A stretch of DNA of 64,000 bases from an uncultured Chloroflexia bacterium (GTDB lineage Bacteria; Chloroflexota; Anaerolineae; Anaerolineales; UBA4823): contig CAWKGZ010000012.1 in NCBI GenBank assembly GCA_963849335.1, positions 336,542 through 400,541 of the forward strand, given 5' to 3'. The translations under genes were made by a program, and so were the position numbers. This document shows, in pieces, positions 8,323 through 18,622 of the stretch. Within the stretch, counting starts at the first letter, position 1. The number at the start of each line of letters is the position of its first letter. The notes under the pieces were generated by a model, which was given only the letters and a program-made list of their open reading frames with translations, searched no databases and was not told the origin of the DNA.

Positions 8323-10353
8323 CCCAACTTGCCCAGGCTGCCCTCAGCCTGCGCGAGCAGCCAGAACCAGCGCTGGTCGTAGCGCTGGTAGGACAACCCA
8401 ACGTAGGCAAATCAAGTGTATTCAATGACCTGACCGGGCAGGCACAGTATGTCAGCAACTGGCCGGGAAAGACCAGCGAGCTGAAGCGCGGCACCTGTGA
8501 TGCCGAGGGCAGGCTGGTGCAGGTGGTCGATCTGCCCGGTGCTTACAGCCTGAGTGCCAACTCGACGTGAAGAACGGGTAGTGCGCGACTTTCTGATCCA
8601 CCAGCGGCCGGATGTGGTGGCGCTGATCGTCAATGCCACCGCGCTGGAGCGCAACCTGTACCTGCTGGCAGAGCTGCTGGCGCTGCCGGTGAAGATCGTG
8701 ATCGGGCTGAACATGGTGGATGTTGCCGCACAGCAGGGCATCATCGTCGAGCCGCATGTACTGGAGGCAGCCCTGGGCTTACCTGTGATACCGCTGAATG
8801 CTGCCCGTTCCCAGGGCGTGGAAGAACTGGTCCAAAGGGCGGTCTGCCTGGCGGCTCAACCCCAGGGCTATACGCCCAACCGGCCTGAGATCCGTGCCGA
8901 CCACCGCCATGTGCTGCAAGAGCTGCAGTACCTGATCACGCCATACGTACCGGAGCCGTACCCGGTGGATTGGGCGGCACTCAAGCTGCTGGAAGGCGAC
9001 CGGCAGATCACTGAGATGCTACAGGCACAACTGGATGGGCAGTGGCCGGCCGTGCACGCCATCCTGATGCAGCACGAGGATGCCATCCTGGCGATCGCTG
9101 GCGGGCGCTACGAGTGGATCGGGCGCATGATGCGCGCCGCCGTCACCCAGCCGCGCGCCGGGCAGCTGACCCTGACCGACCGCATCGACCGGGTGGCTAC
9201 CCACCCACTGTGGGGTATGTTGATCCTGCTGGGTATTTTGGGCGTGCTCTTCTGGCTGACCTACGCCCTGGGCACGCCGCTGCAAACGTGGCTGGATGTA
9301 CACCTGGTACAGGCAGGATCGGTATGGGCGCAGGCACAATTGCAGGAGGCACCACCCTGGCTGACCGGGCTGTTGGTCAACGGGATGATCGCCGGCGTGG
9401 GTACGGTGCTGACCTTGCTGCCGGTGCTGCTGATCTTCTTCAGCGTTCTGGGCATCCTGGAAGACCTGGGCTACATGGCGCGGGCGGCCTATGTGATGGA
9501 CCGCTTTATGCACCTGATGGGATTGCACGGAAAAAGTTTTCTGCCTTTATTCCTGGGTTTTGGCTGCAACGTGCCGGCAGTGATGGGGGCGCGCAGCATT
9601 GAATCGCCCAAAGCACGCCTGATCACCATCATGGTTACGCCGCTTGTGCCGTGCACCGCCCGGCTGGCCGTGCTGGCCACGCTGGCGCCGATCTTTTTCA
9701 AAGAGCAAGCGCTGTGGGTTACCTGGGGGCTGGTGACGCTCAATCTGGCTGTGCTCACCGGGGTGGGAATCGTCCTGCACGAGGGGTTCCTGGGCGGCGA
9801 GCACAAGGCCTTTATCATGGAATTGCCGCTCTACCAGCTCCCCAGCCTGCGCAGCATTGGCATGTCCCTGTGGCAGCGTCTGGTAGACTTCATGAAAATG
9901 GCCGGTACGATCATCCTGGTGGTCTCGGTGCTGCTGTGGGCGCTGTCCACATTCCCGGGTGGGACGATCCAGACCAGTTTTCTGGGGCTGGTGGGTCTAA
10001 AGCTGGAACCGCTGGGTCGGATCATGGGACTGGACTGGCAAATGCTGGTGGCACTGCTGGCCAGCTTTGTGCGCAAAGAGAATACCATCCCCACGCTGGC
10101 GATCCTATATGGAGTGGGGACGCAGGGTGCTGGATTAGCCGATGTGCTGGGCAGCCAGTTGACGCAGCCGGCGGCGCTGGCTTTCCTGGCAGTGCAAATG
10201 CTGTTCATCCCGTGCATGGCCACGCTGGCGACCATCCGCCAGGAGACCGGTTCGTGGCGTTGGACGGCGCTCAGCGTGGGGCTGCTGTTGGCGATCTCAC
10301 TGGCGATGGGGATTGCGATCTACCAGGGGGCAGCGCTGGTGGGATGGGAATGA
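8319..10353 (+). pseudogene. feoB: ferrous iron transporter FeoB, one apparent frameshift at about 8562-8570
   Basis: G-domain fragment (8319..8570) has GQPNVGKSS and DLPGAYSL. The next frame continues REERVVRDFL...IGLNMVD, followed by the polytopic permease. ATGA start/stop overlap with feoA. Confidence 0.9.
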
Positions 10354-10401
10354 TATTGCAACGACTGAAGTCGTTACTACGATCACATAAGACAGGTTGT
10401 T

Positions 10402-10647
10402 ATGCTTGAACAGCTCATGAAACAAATTCAACAAGGGGAAACAACCAGCGTGCCTGCCCTGGCGCGCCAACTCAGCGTGAGTGAGACGCTGGTGGAGCAA
10501 ATGCTGGCAGAGCTGACCAGGCTGGGCTACTTGCGCCAACTGGAGAGCTGCAGCCATGAGGCGTGCGCCGGCTGCCCACAACATACCAGCTGCGGTACCC
10601 GGCGCCCGGTACAAACCTGGGTGGTCGTCAAAGAGATCGCCAAATAG
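10402..10647 (+). CDS. feoC: FeoC-like winged-helix protein with Cys cluster
   Basis: 81 aa, positioned after feoB. HTH-like segment SVPALARQLSVSETLVEQMLAELTRLGYL, then CSHEACAGCPQHTSC. Confidence 0.6.
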   Translation: MLEQLMKQIQQGETTSVPALARQLSVSETLVEQMLAELTRLGYLRQLESCSHEACAGCPQHTSCGTRRPVQTWVVVKEIAK

Positions 10648-10701
10648 GGCGTCAGCCGCTGCAAAGCAGCGGCGAAAACCCTATTTCACCAGACAATCAA
10701 A

Positions 10702-11907
10702 CTACCACTGCGGTTCGGGGGTTGCAATTGAGAGCAAGGTCTGTAGTACCCAGCCTTCCAGGTCGTTGGAGACCACGATCACATGTACCCAGAAGTAGCC
10801 TTCCACTTCACGGCTGTCAGGCAGGATCTGCACCAGCGTGCCGTTGGTCAGGGTGGTCAGCGGTGTAGCGTCGAAGCCCGGCTCGGCGCGCAGGAATGCG
10901 CCGCCGCTTTCATCGCCGGCGTCAATCCGCGCATAGACCGGCAGCGGCGTGGGCGAAGCAGTGAACGTCGGCGAAGGGGTCAGACTGGGGGTCAGGGTTA
11001 CCGTCGGGGTAGCGGAAGGCGGCACAGGAGTAGGCGTTTCGGTCGGGGTTGGTGGAACCGGGGTAAGGGTTGGGGTGATCGTAGGAGTTTGGGTAGGCAC
11101 TGCCAGAGGAGGACCAAAAACGCCCATCACCGCCCCAAAGGCTCCGAAGCCCAGCAGCAGCACCACACCCAGCAAAACTACCGCCCCACCCAGGGTATAG
11201 CCAAACAGGGTCATCGGGCGGAAGCCCAGAATGGCCAGGGTCAGGGCACCCAGAGCCACTGCCCAGGCCAGGTAAATGGCAAATACCACCAGGCCATCCG
11301 GCCACAGGTGGGGAATCCCGCTGGTCAGGCCGTAGCCGGCGATGGTCAGCGGCAGGTATAAGGAATAAGCCAGGGCAACAGACGGTGCGCCGGGGCTGCG
11401 CCCGGTATGCGCCATGGTAGCCGCGGTAAAGACTGCCCCAACTGCCAGAATGATGAAATGGATCCAGGAGATGCGGGCATGCAGGTAAGCCTGCTCCAGC
11501 CCCAGCGCAGGCCACCAGTAGGCAAGCATACCGCCCGCCGCCCCCACCCCAAAGACTAGCAAACCACCGACCAGGAATCCCGCCAGGCTGCGCCCAAAGA
11601 ATTTATATGAGCCAATCACCGTGCCGAAGGCCAGACCCACCACCGGGGCCATCAAGGGGGCAAAGACCGCCCCAAGCAAGAGCAGGGGAGCAGAGTCAAA
11701 CCACAGCGCAACAAAGAACAGCGCTGCCGAGAGAGCAGAGAAGATAAAGAAGTCAAACGTCGGGGAGCTGCGCCGGGCCAGATGATCAATGGTAGCGGCG
11801 CGTTCATCGGCTTCCAGCGGCGCCAGCAGGCGGCGGGCGCGGCGACGACGGGCGGGGGGCATCAGGTCTGGGTCATCAGGGAAGGATTCAGTTTTCGGCA
11901 GGCTCAT
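10702..11907 (-). CDS. DUF389-family membrane protein with PT-rich linker and C-terminal SH3b-like domain
   Basis: GAVFAPLMAPVVGLAFG resembles the DUF389 core. Multiple TM helices. A long Pro/Thr linker (10950-11100), then YARID...FLRAEPGFDATPLTTLTNGTLVQIL...GWV. Confidence 0.6.
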   Translation of the reverse strand: MSLPKTESFPDDPDLMPPARRRRARRLLAPLEADERAATIDHLARRSSPTFDFFIFSALSAALFFVALWFDSAPLLLLGAVFAPLMAPVVGLAFGTVIGSYKFFGRSLAGFLVGGLLVFGVGAAGGMLAYWWPALGLEQAYLHARISWIHFIILAVGAVFTAATMAHTGRSPGAPSVALAYSLYLPLTIAGYGLTSGIPHLWPDGLVVFAIYLAWAVALGALTLAILGFRPMTLFGYTLGGAVVLLGVVLLLGFGAFGAVMGVFGPPLAVPTQTPTITPTLTPVPPTPTETPTPVPPSATPTVTLTPSLTPSPTFTASPTPLPVYARIDAGDESGGAFLRAEPGFDATPLTTLTNGTLVQILPDSREVEGYFWVHVIVVSNDLEGWVLQTLLSIATPEPQW

Positions 11908-12374
11908 TTGCGTAAAGTTGCCACCAATCGTAAAGGATTCTCTAAAAGGTCCAGTAAGGTATATATATCAGGCATTACCAGGTCAGCCGCCAGCAGCGTT
12001 TCTATGGCAGTGCCTTCCATTGAGAGCACAGCAACCCCAACCGCTGCCAGGCGAAGCATTTCGGCGTCGTTTGCACCCTGGCCGACGGCGATCACCGTCT
12101 CAGGGCCAAGCTGGCGGACATACTCAGCCTTCTGGGAGGCCTCTGCCCCCGACTGGATACGCACCGCCTGCAGGTTAAGCTGCTGGTCAATGATATGCTG
12201 CCTGCCGTGCGTGTCGGCGGTCAAAAGGTGCAGGGTCAGGCGGTCGCGCAGGACGGTCAGCGGGCGGGCAAGCCCTTCTAGCAGCTGTCCATCCACGGCC
12301 AGAGTACCGTTCACATCGCAGACCAGGTGGTGCAGCTGCAGCCGCCCACGGCCGGGAATGTTCAGCTCAATCAT
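11904..12374 (-). CDS. small HAD-superfamily hydrolase (soluble P-type-ATPase-like, COG4087 type)
   Basis: DVNGTLA (DxxGT motif I) and GQGANDAEML (motif III). 4-nt overlap with the downstream gene. Confidence 0.65.
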   Translation of the reverse strand: MIELNIPGRGRLQLHHLVCDVNGTLAVDGQLLEGLARPLTVLRDRLTLHLLTADTHGRQHIIDQQLNLQAVRIQSGAEASQKAEYVRQLGPETVIAVGQGANDAEMLRLAAVGVAVLSMEGTAIETLLAADLVMPDIYTLLDLLENPLRLVATLRK

Positions 12375-12464
12375 GATATTATTATACTACCTCGGCGGGA
12401 GCGACTCCCGCACAGCGACATTCCCTTTGGAGCGCTTGACTTGAACCACCATCTGATTCGTTGC

Positions 12465-13505
12465 ATGCTTTATGCCATCTTGATCACCGGGTTGCTGGCG
12501 GGCTGCGGCCTAACCCCGGCAGCCCCGACCGCCACGCCAGAGCCGGCGATCGTGCCCACCATCACGCCCGAGCCACTTCCTACTGTCACAGCCACCCACA
12601 CCCCGGCGCCGTTGTTAGCTGTGCTGCTGGCTGGCCCCGGTGCAGATACGGTACAGGCAGGCGTACTGCAAACGACACTCAATGAGATCATCACCGCGGC
12701 CGGGCTGCGCTGGCAGGTACGCCAGCAGCTCACCCCGGCAGACCTGACCCCGGCGGTGCACCTGGTCGTGGCGCTGCCGCCTGACCCCGGCCTGGCCGCG
12801 CTGGCAGCGGCAGCGCCAGGCACCCAATTCCTGGCAGTGGGCGTGCCAGGGCTGGAACCAGCCGCCAACCTGAGCATCGTCGGCGCCCAGGGGCCGCGGC
12901 CCGACCAGCAAGGCTTTATCGCCGGGTACATTGCGGCGATGCTCACCCCGGACTGGCGGGCTGGCGCGATCACCATTTCAGACAGCGTCGAGGGTCGGGC
13001 AGCGCGCAGCGGATTTCTTAACGGAGCAGTGTTCTTCTGCGGGTTGTGCAACCAATCCTACCCGCCATTCTACGATTACCCGCGCTATGTCGAGCTGCCC
13101 GCCAGCGCTACTGCGGCGGAATGGCAGGCGGCTGCCAACCATATGATTGATTATTACGTTGAGACGGTATACGTGGCGCCAGGGGCAGGCGATGTGGCGA
13201 TGCTGGCGACACTGTCAGCCGCTGGAGTCAACCTGATTGGCAGCGGCATCCCCGGCGAAGCCATCCAGGCTAACTGGGTGCTTTCGTTCAGCTCGGATCC
13301 ATTGGCGCAAGTACAGGCGGTGCTGCCGCAGATCCTGGCGGGGCGGGGTGGGCAAAACCTGCCGCTGCCGCTGGAGTTCAGCCAGATCAACCCGGAGCTG
13401 CTCAGCCCGGGCAAGCAAGCCCTGGCAGAGCAGGTGCTGGCAGATTTATTGGCAGGGTACATTGATACGGGCGTTGATCTTGCCACAGGTGAGAATCGAG
13501 ATTAA
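12465..13505 (+). CDS. lipoprotein with divergent BMP/PnrA-like periplasmic-binding fold
   Basis: Start moved to the ATG at 12465 (MLYAILITGLLAGCG lipobox). FIAGYIAAMLT...GFLNGA resembles BMP-family binding proteins but is divergent. Confidence 0.5.
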   Translation: MLYAILITGLLAGCGLTPAAPTATPEPAIVPTITPEPLPTVTATHTPAPLLAVLLAGPGADTVQAGVLQTTLNEIITAAGLRWQVRQQLTPADLTPAVHLVVALPPDPGLAALAAAAPGTQFLAVGVPGLEPAANLSIVGAQGPRPDQQGFIAGYIAAMLTPDWRAGAITISDSVEGRAARSGFLNGAVFFCGLCNQSYPPFYDYPRYVELPASATAAEWQAAANHMIDYYVETVYVAPGAGDVAMLATLSAAGVNLIGSGIPGEAIQANWVLSFSSDPLAQVQAVLPQILAGRGGQNLPLPLEFSQINPELLSPGKQALAEQVLADLLAGYIDTGVDLATGENRD

Positions 13506-13609
13506 AGTATCAAACTACACATTGCCAATCCTCACGCTTCTTGCTATACTTGTAGTGTCCAAAATGGGACAAAAAATCTATTCACCATTCTCTTTAGGAG
13601 GAGAACTGT

Positions 13610-14635
13610 ATGAATAAAAAGTGGTCACTGCTCTTGGCTGTCGTGATGATAGCCAGCTTGATCCTTTCCGCCTGCGGCGGAGAGGCAACCGAGGCCGATT
13701 GCGCTGAGGAAGATGTGCTGTGCGTAGGCCTGGTCACCGACGTGGGTGAAATTGACGACAAGTCGTTCAACCAGTCGGCCTGGGACGGTGTACAGCAGGC
13801 ACGTGATGATCTTGGCGCCATTGTCAACTATGTCGAAACCAAAGACGCCAAGGACTACGGCGCCAATATGCAGCTGTTCATCGACAAGGATTATGACGTC
13901 CTCGTGACCGTGGGCTATGCCATGGGCACGGCCACCGCAGAGGCTGCGGCAGCCAATCCCGACGTGCTGTTCATCGGTGTGGACCAGGGCCAGTGGGGAG
14001 ACATTCTGCCCAACCTGGTCGGTTTGATCTTCCATGAAGATCAATCTGGTTACCTGGCCGGCGTCCTGGCAGCCAAGATGACCCAAACCAATACGATTGC
14101 GGCTGTACTCGGCACCGACCTGATTCCCCCGGTGGTAGCCTTCAAGGAAGGTTATGAAGCTGGCGCCCGCTCGGTCAACCCGGACATCAACATCATCTCC
14201 ACCTACCACCCCGGCGGGCTGGATGTGGCTTTCACTGATCCCGAGTGGGGTGCCACCACGGCAGCCCAGGCGATTGCCAATGGCGCGGATGTGGTCTTCG
14301 GTGCAGGTGGCAAGACCGGCAACGGTGCGTTGATCGAGACCGCCGGCACGGCTGGCCTGTACTGCATCGGTGTGGACTCTGACCAGTGGGAGACCGTTCC
14401 CGAGGCACACGCCTGCTTGATCTCCAGCGCAATGAAGCTGATCACCCCGGCAGTCTTCGACCTGATCACGATGGCCAATGAGGGCACCTTCCCCTCCGGC
14501 AACTACTACGGCGCGGCTGGCCTGGCCCCATTCCATGACTTTGACAGCGTCATCCCGCAGGACGTGAAGGATCTGATCGACGAGACCAGCGCTGGCTTGT
14601 TGGACGGCTCCATTACCACCGGCTACGGCGGGTAA
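13610..14635 (+). CDS. BMP-family (PnrA/Med-like, nucleoside-type) ABC transporter substrate-binding lipoprotein
   Basis: LILSACGG lipobox, DKSFNQSAWDGVQQA, GYLAGVLAA motifs. AGGAGGAG RBS. Confidence 0.85.
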   Translation: MNKKWSLLLAVVMIASLILSACGGEATEADCAEEDVLCVGLVTDVGEIDDKSFNQSAWDGVQQARDDLGAIVNYVETKDAKDYGANMQLFIDKDYDVLVTVGYAMGTATAEAAAANPDVLFIGVDQGQWGDILPNLVGLIFHEDQSGYLAGVLAAKMTQTNTIAAVLGTDLIPPVVAFKEGYEAGARSVNPDINIISTYHPGGLDVAFTDPEWGATTAAQAIANGADVVFGAGGKTGNGALIETAGTAGLYCIGVDSDQWETVPEAHACLISSAMKLITPAVFDLITMANEGTFPSGNYYGAAGLAPFHDFDSVIPQDVKDLIDETSAGLLDGSITTGYGG

Positions 14636-14655
14636 TCGATAAACTTAATTGCAAC

Positions 14656-14692
14656 AAAAGCGACGCGCGGCTCCGCGCGTCGCTTTTGTTTT
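14656..14692 (+). terminator. intrinsic terminator or attenuator between the binding-protein gene and the permease genes
   Basis: AAAAGCGACGCGCGG / CCGCGCGTCGCTTTT complementary arms followed by a TTTTGTTTT tail. Confidence 0.65.
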
Positions 14693-14844
14693 CCCGGTGA
14701 CACTTGACTTTAAATTTGATCACCTTTTACGCTTTACGGCAAGTACAAACCCATGTAGAATCAAACAATTCACTTTGCACCGGCAGGCTGCTCGAAAGCG
14801 GATCAAGGGGCAGCCATCTCTCAATACGGGAAATGGAATGATCT

Positions 14845-15979
14845 ATGGACTCTGAACCTAAAGTTCCCTCCCAATCCAAAGCGCTGCGTACCTTCAAGGA
14901 TATTCTGCTAAACGAGAGCGCATGGCGCGCCATCGCGGTGCAGTTGGCAGCCGTGCTGCTGGCACTGCTCATTGGGGCAATCTTGCTGCTGGTCTCGGGT
15001 GCCAACCCGATTGAGGCCTACGGAGCGCTGCTGCGGGGCTCATTTGGCAGCATGACCGCTTTTGGGCGCACGTTGGAGAAAGCCACACCGATGATCTTTG
15101 CCGGTCTGGCAGTGGCATTCGCCTTCAAAGCCGGGCTGTTCAACATTGGCGCCCAGGGACAGCTGCTGTTTGGCGCTATTATGGCGGCTTTTCTGGGCTT
15201 TGCTATCCACGGCTTGCCAGCTTTCATTCACATGCCTCTGGCGCTGATCGGCGGGGCGCTGGCGGGCGGGCTGTACGGTATCATTCCCGGTGCATTGAAA
15301 GCCTACCGCGGCGCCCATGAGGTGATCACCACCATCATGCTCAACTATATCGCCATCAACATCACCGACCTGCTGGCGGATGGCCCGTGGAAGGACACCT
15401 CGCCGGGGAATGTGGTTGCCCGCACACCGCTGATCGATGATGCGGCGGTGATCGGAGAAATTGGCAAGATTCCCATTGGCTTCTTTATCGCCATCGTCGC
15501 CGCGGTCATCGTCTGGTGGCTGCTGTGGAAGACCACCACCGGTTTTGAGATCCGCATGGTGGGTCTCAACCCGAGCGCGGCGCGCTATGCAGGCATCAAG
15601 GTGGCGCGCACGGTAATCCTGACCATGGTGATCAGCGCCATCCTGGCGGGAATTGGCGGGGCAGTGGAAACGCTGGGGGTGGTCGGACGCTACCAGCCGG
15701 GCTTTAACACCGGGCTGGGTTTTGACGGTATCACCATCGCCATGCTGGCCAAGACTCACCCATTCGGCACCATCCCGGCTGCGTTGCTGGTGGGGGCAAT
15801 GAAGGCCGGCGCCAGCGAGATGCAGTTTACATCCGGTGTGGCAAAAGAGATCACCGATGTGATCCAGGCGCTGATCCTGTTCTTTGTGGCTGCGGATGTG
15901 ATCATCCGCAGCACTGCTGCGCATGCGCGAGATCGGCGGCGAAGAAGTGAAGCTCAGCACAGGCTGGGGCAAACAGTGA
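14845..15979 (+). pseudogene. BMP-type ABC transporter permease, apparent 1-nt frameshift near 15913 close to the 3' end
   Basis: Polytopic permease. After ...ADVIIRS the current frame gives an Arg-rich tail (TAAHARDRRRRSEAQ). The adjacent frame gives LLRMREIGGEEVKLSTGWGKQ-stop (TGA 15977-15979), 10 nt before the next gene's ATG. Confidence 0.8.
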
Positions 15980-15989
15980 GGTAGCCAGC

Positions 15990-17015
15990 ATGCAGAACTC
16001 AATCACCTACGATTCACCCTGGAAACGCTTCTTTAGCCGCTACCAGATCACTATGATCGGTGGGGCGGCAATTCTCATCGCCATTGTAGTACTGTATATC
16101 TTCTGGCCAACCTACACCGTGGCAGTGCTCAACGCCACCGTACGGCAGTCGACACCGCTGGTTTTAGGCGCCATCTGCGGCTTGATGGGCGAACGGGCCG
16201 GGGTGGTGAACATCGGCATCGAAGGCCAGATGCTGATGGCGGCGTTCATTGCCTTCCTGTTTAACGTATGGACAGGCAACCTGCTACTCTCGATCCTGGC
16301 TGGCATTCTGACCGGGGCCATTCTGGGCGCACTGCTGGGCTTCATGGCAGTCACGTTAAAAATTGACCAGATCATCGGCGGCACGGTGATCAACATCCTG
16401 GCAGTAGGGCTGACGGGCTACTTTTACACGGCAGGCCTGACAACCCACGGCAAACTGGGCCCGATCGTCATCCCAGTACTCTCAGACATCCCGCTGATCG
16501 GGCCAGTGCTGTTCAAGAACCCGCCGATCACCTATGCCACGATCGTGCTGGTCTTCGGCGTGCACTATTTGCTGTTCTACACCAAATGGGGGCTACGCAC
16601 CCGGGCAGTCGGCGAGCACCCACGGGCGGCGGATACGGTGGGCATCAACGTGTATATGATCCGCTACGTCAATGTGATCATCGGTGGCGCTTTTGCCGGG
16701 CTGGCGGGCGCATTCCTGACGCTGGAAGCGGTCGGCTCGTTCGAACGGTCGATGACCAACGGGCGCGGTTTTGTCGCCCTGGCCTGCATGATCTTTGGCC
16801 GCTGGACGCCCTTTGGCGCCTGGGGAGCAGCGCTGTTCTTCGCCCTGTTCACTGCCCTGGGTACCCAGATCTCCTTTATGTTTGGAGGGCAGATCAACAT
16901 TCCGCACCAATTTATCGGCATTATTCCCTACTTCTTCACCGTTCTCGTGCTGGCCATCTCTGGCAAACGCTCTCGCGCCCCGGCGGCGGATGGCGTTCCC
17001 TATACGAAGGAATAG
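15990..17015 (+). CDS. BMP-type ABC transporter permease (second subunit)
   Basis: 341-aa polytopic ORF with motifs GERAGVVNIGIEGQM and TLEAVGSF..MTNGRGF, in operon context. Confidence 0.85.
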   Translation: MQNSITYDSPWKRFFSRYQITMIGGAAILIAIVVLYIFWPTYTVAVLNATVRQSTPLVLGAICGLMGERAGVVNIGIEGQMLMAAFIAFLFNVWTGNLLLSILAGILTGAILGALLGFMAVTLKIDQIIGGTVINILAVGLTGYFYTAGLTTHGKLGPIVIPVLSDIPLIGPVLFKNPPITYATIVLVFGVHYLLFYTKWGLRTRAVGEHPRAADTVGINVYMIRYVNVIIGGAFAGLAGAFLTLEAVGSFERSMTNGRGFVALACMIFGRWTPFGAWGAALFFALFTALGTQISFMFGGQINIPHQFIGIIPYFFTVLVLAISGKRSRAPAADGVPYTKE

Positions 17016-17020
17016 CGCTT

Positions 17021-18553
17021 ATGAGCGACGCAATCGCACTGGAAGTCCGCAATATCACCAAACGCTTCCCGGGTGTACTGGCCAATGACCGGGTCAATTT
17101 CAACCTGCACAAAGGGGAGATCCACGCCCTGCTGGGAGAGAACGGCGCCGGCAAGAGCACGCTGATGAACATCATCTACGGGCTGTACTCGCCAGATGAG
17201 GGCGAGTTCTTCCTGGGCGATGACGATGGCGCCCTGCAACCGGTGCATATCCACAACCCGCACGATGCAATCAAGCTGGGGATTGGCATGGTGCACCAGC
17301 ACTTCATGCTGGTGCCGGTCTTCTCGGTGACTGAGAATGTCATCCTGGGCTCCGAGGTGACCAAAGGCCCCACGCTGGACCTGGGCGCCGCCCGCAGCCA
17401 GATCCACCAGCTCTCAGAGGATTACGGCATGGACGCCAATCCAGATGCGATCGTCGAGGAGCTGCCGGTCGGCGTACAGCAGCGGGTGGAGATCATAAAG
17501 GCGCTCTACCGCCACGCCAAAATCCTGGTACTAGATGAACCGACCGCAGTGCTGACCCCGCAGGAAGTGGAAGACCTGTTCCGCATCATGCGCCATTTGA
17601 CCGAACGCGGCGTTTCGATCATCTTCATCACCCACAAGCTGAAGGAAGTACTGGCGGTGGCAGACCGCATCACGGTGATGCGCCGCGGCCAGGTAGTTGG
17701 CACAGCCATTCCCTCCGAAATTGATGAGCACGGGCTGGCGGCCATGATGGTGGGGCGCGAGGTGCTGCTGCAGGTCGAAAAAGGAACAGCGACGCCAGGC
17801 GAGGTGGTATTGGATGTGCAGAACTTGACCGTGGTGGACGAGCGAAACATGGAAGTGATCCGCCAGGTTTCCTTCCAGGTGCAGGCGGGCGAGATCTTGG
17901 GCATTGCCGGTGTGCAGGGCAACGGGCAGACGGAACTGGTGGAGGCGCTGACCGGGCTGCGGGGCATCAAGTCCGGCAGCATGCGCCTGGGTGACCAGCT
18001 GCTGCCATCACTCAACCCGCGCGCCAATGTGAAAGCCGGGCAGGCGCACATCCCAGAAGACCGGCACAAGCACGGGCTGGTGCTGCCCTACTCCATCGCC
18101 GACAACTGCGTGCTGTGTACCTACTACCAGCCGCCGTTTGCCAAGGGCATTCAGCGCAACCTGGAAGCGGTACTGGAGAATGCCGAAACATTAATTGACC
18201 GCTTTGACGTGCGCACACCCAGCCCTCAGTTGCCGGCGGGCAACCTCTCGGGCGGCAACCAGCAGAAGGTGATCGTGGCGCGCGAGTTGAGCCGCCCTAT
18301 TCACCTGCTGGTGGCAAACCAACCCACGCGCGGCCTGGATGTGGGTTCGATCGAGTATATCCATAACCAGATCGTGGCGAACCGCGACCAGGGCGTGGCG
18401 GTGCTGCTGGTCTCGGCTGAGCTGGACGAGATCATGTCGCTGTCCGACCGCATTGCGGTGATGTACCACGGGCAGATCGTAGCCACGATGGACGCAGAAA
18501 AAGCCACCAAATCCGAGCTGGGTTTGTTGATGGCTGGGGCTTCGCCCAACTAA
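17021..18553 (+). CDS. ABC transporter ATP-binding protein with duplicated ATPase domains (sugar/nucleoside type)
   Basis: Start set at the ATG at 17021 (MSDAIALEVRNITKRF). GENGAGKST Walker A, LSGGNQQK signature, VLDEPT and LLVANQPTRGLD Walker B. The longer track ORF starting at 16586 overlaps the permease gene. Confidence 0.9.
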   Translation: MSDAIALEVRNITKRFPGVLANDRVNFNLHKGEIHALLGENGAGKSTLMNIIYGLYSPDEGEFFLGDDDGALQPVHIHNPHDAIKLGIGMVHQHFMLVPVFSVTENVILGSEVTKGPTLDLGAARSQIHQLSEDYGMDANPDAIVEELPVGVQQRVEIIKALYRHAKILVLDEPTAVLTPQEVEDLFRIMRHLTERGVSIIFITHKLKEVLAVADRITVMRRGQVVGTAIPSEIDEHGLAAMMVGREVLLQVEKGTATPGEVVLDVQNLTVVDERNMEVIRQVSFQVQAGEILGIAGVQGNGQTELVEALTGLRGIKSGSMRLGDQLLPSLNPRANVKAGQAHIPEDRHKHGLVLPYSIADNCVLCTYYQPPFAKGIQRNLEAVLENAETLIDRFDVRTPSPQLPAGNLSGGNQQKVIVARELSRPIHLLVANQPTRGLDVGSIEYIHNQIVANRDQGVAVLLVSAELDEIMSLSDRIAVMYHGQIVATMDAEKATKSELGLLMAGASPN

Positions 18554-18561
18554 ATGATTTC

Positions 18562-18609
18562 AAAAACGAGCGTGAGGCGGTGGCAAAACACCGCCTCACG
18601 CTCGTTTTT
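18562..18609. terminator. bidirectional intrinsic terminator between convergent genes
   Basis: Perfect 21-bp stem AAAAACGAGCGTGAGGCGGTG / CACCGCCTCACGCTCGTTTTT with a 6-nt loop. A/T runs on both sides. Confidence 0.75.
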
Positions 18610-18622
18610 GGATATTTTCTCT

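Noticed and set aside
10940-11110. Repetitive-looking GGTGT/GGGGT-rich DNA
   Set aside because: It is in frame within the DUF389-like gene and simply encodes a Pro/Thr-rich linker (PTQTPTITPTLTPVPPTPTETPTP...). It is not a non-coding tandem repeat or a CRISPR.
13625-14536. 303-aa minus-strand ORF
   Set aside because: It is fully antisense to the well-supported BMP binding-protein gene. The sequence is Arg/Gly/His-rich with no motifs. This is a high-GC shadow ORF. The same reasoning applies to 15040..16002, 1818..2390, 9019..9528, 29439..30542, 38135..39133 and 55973..56884.
16586-17020. N-terminal 145 codons of the 655-aa track ORF
   Set aside because: This part overlaps the second permease gene in another frame. 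The ATPase homology begins at MSDAIALEVRNITKRF (17021), 5 nt after the permease stop.
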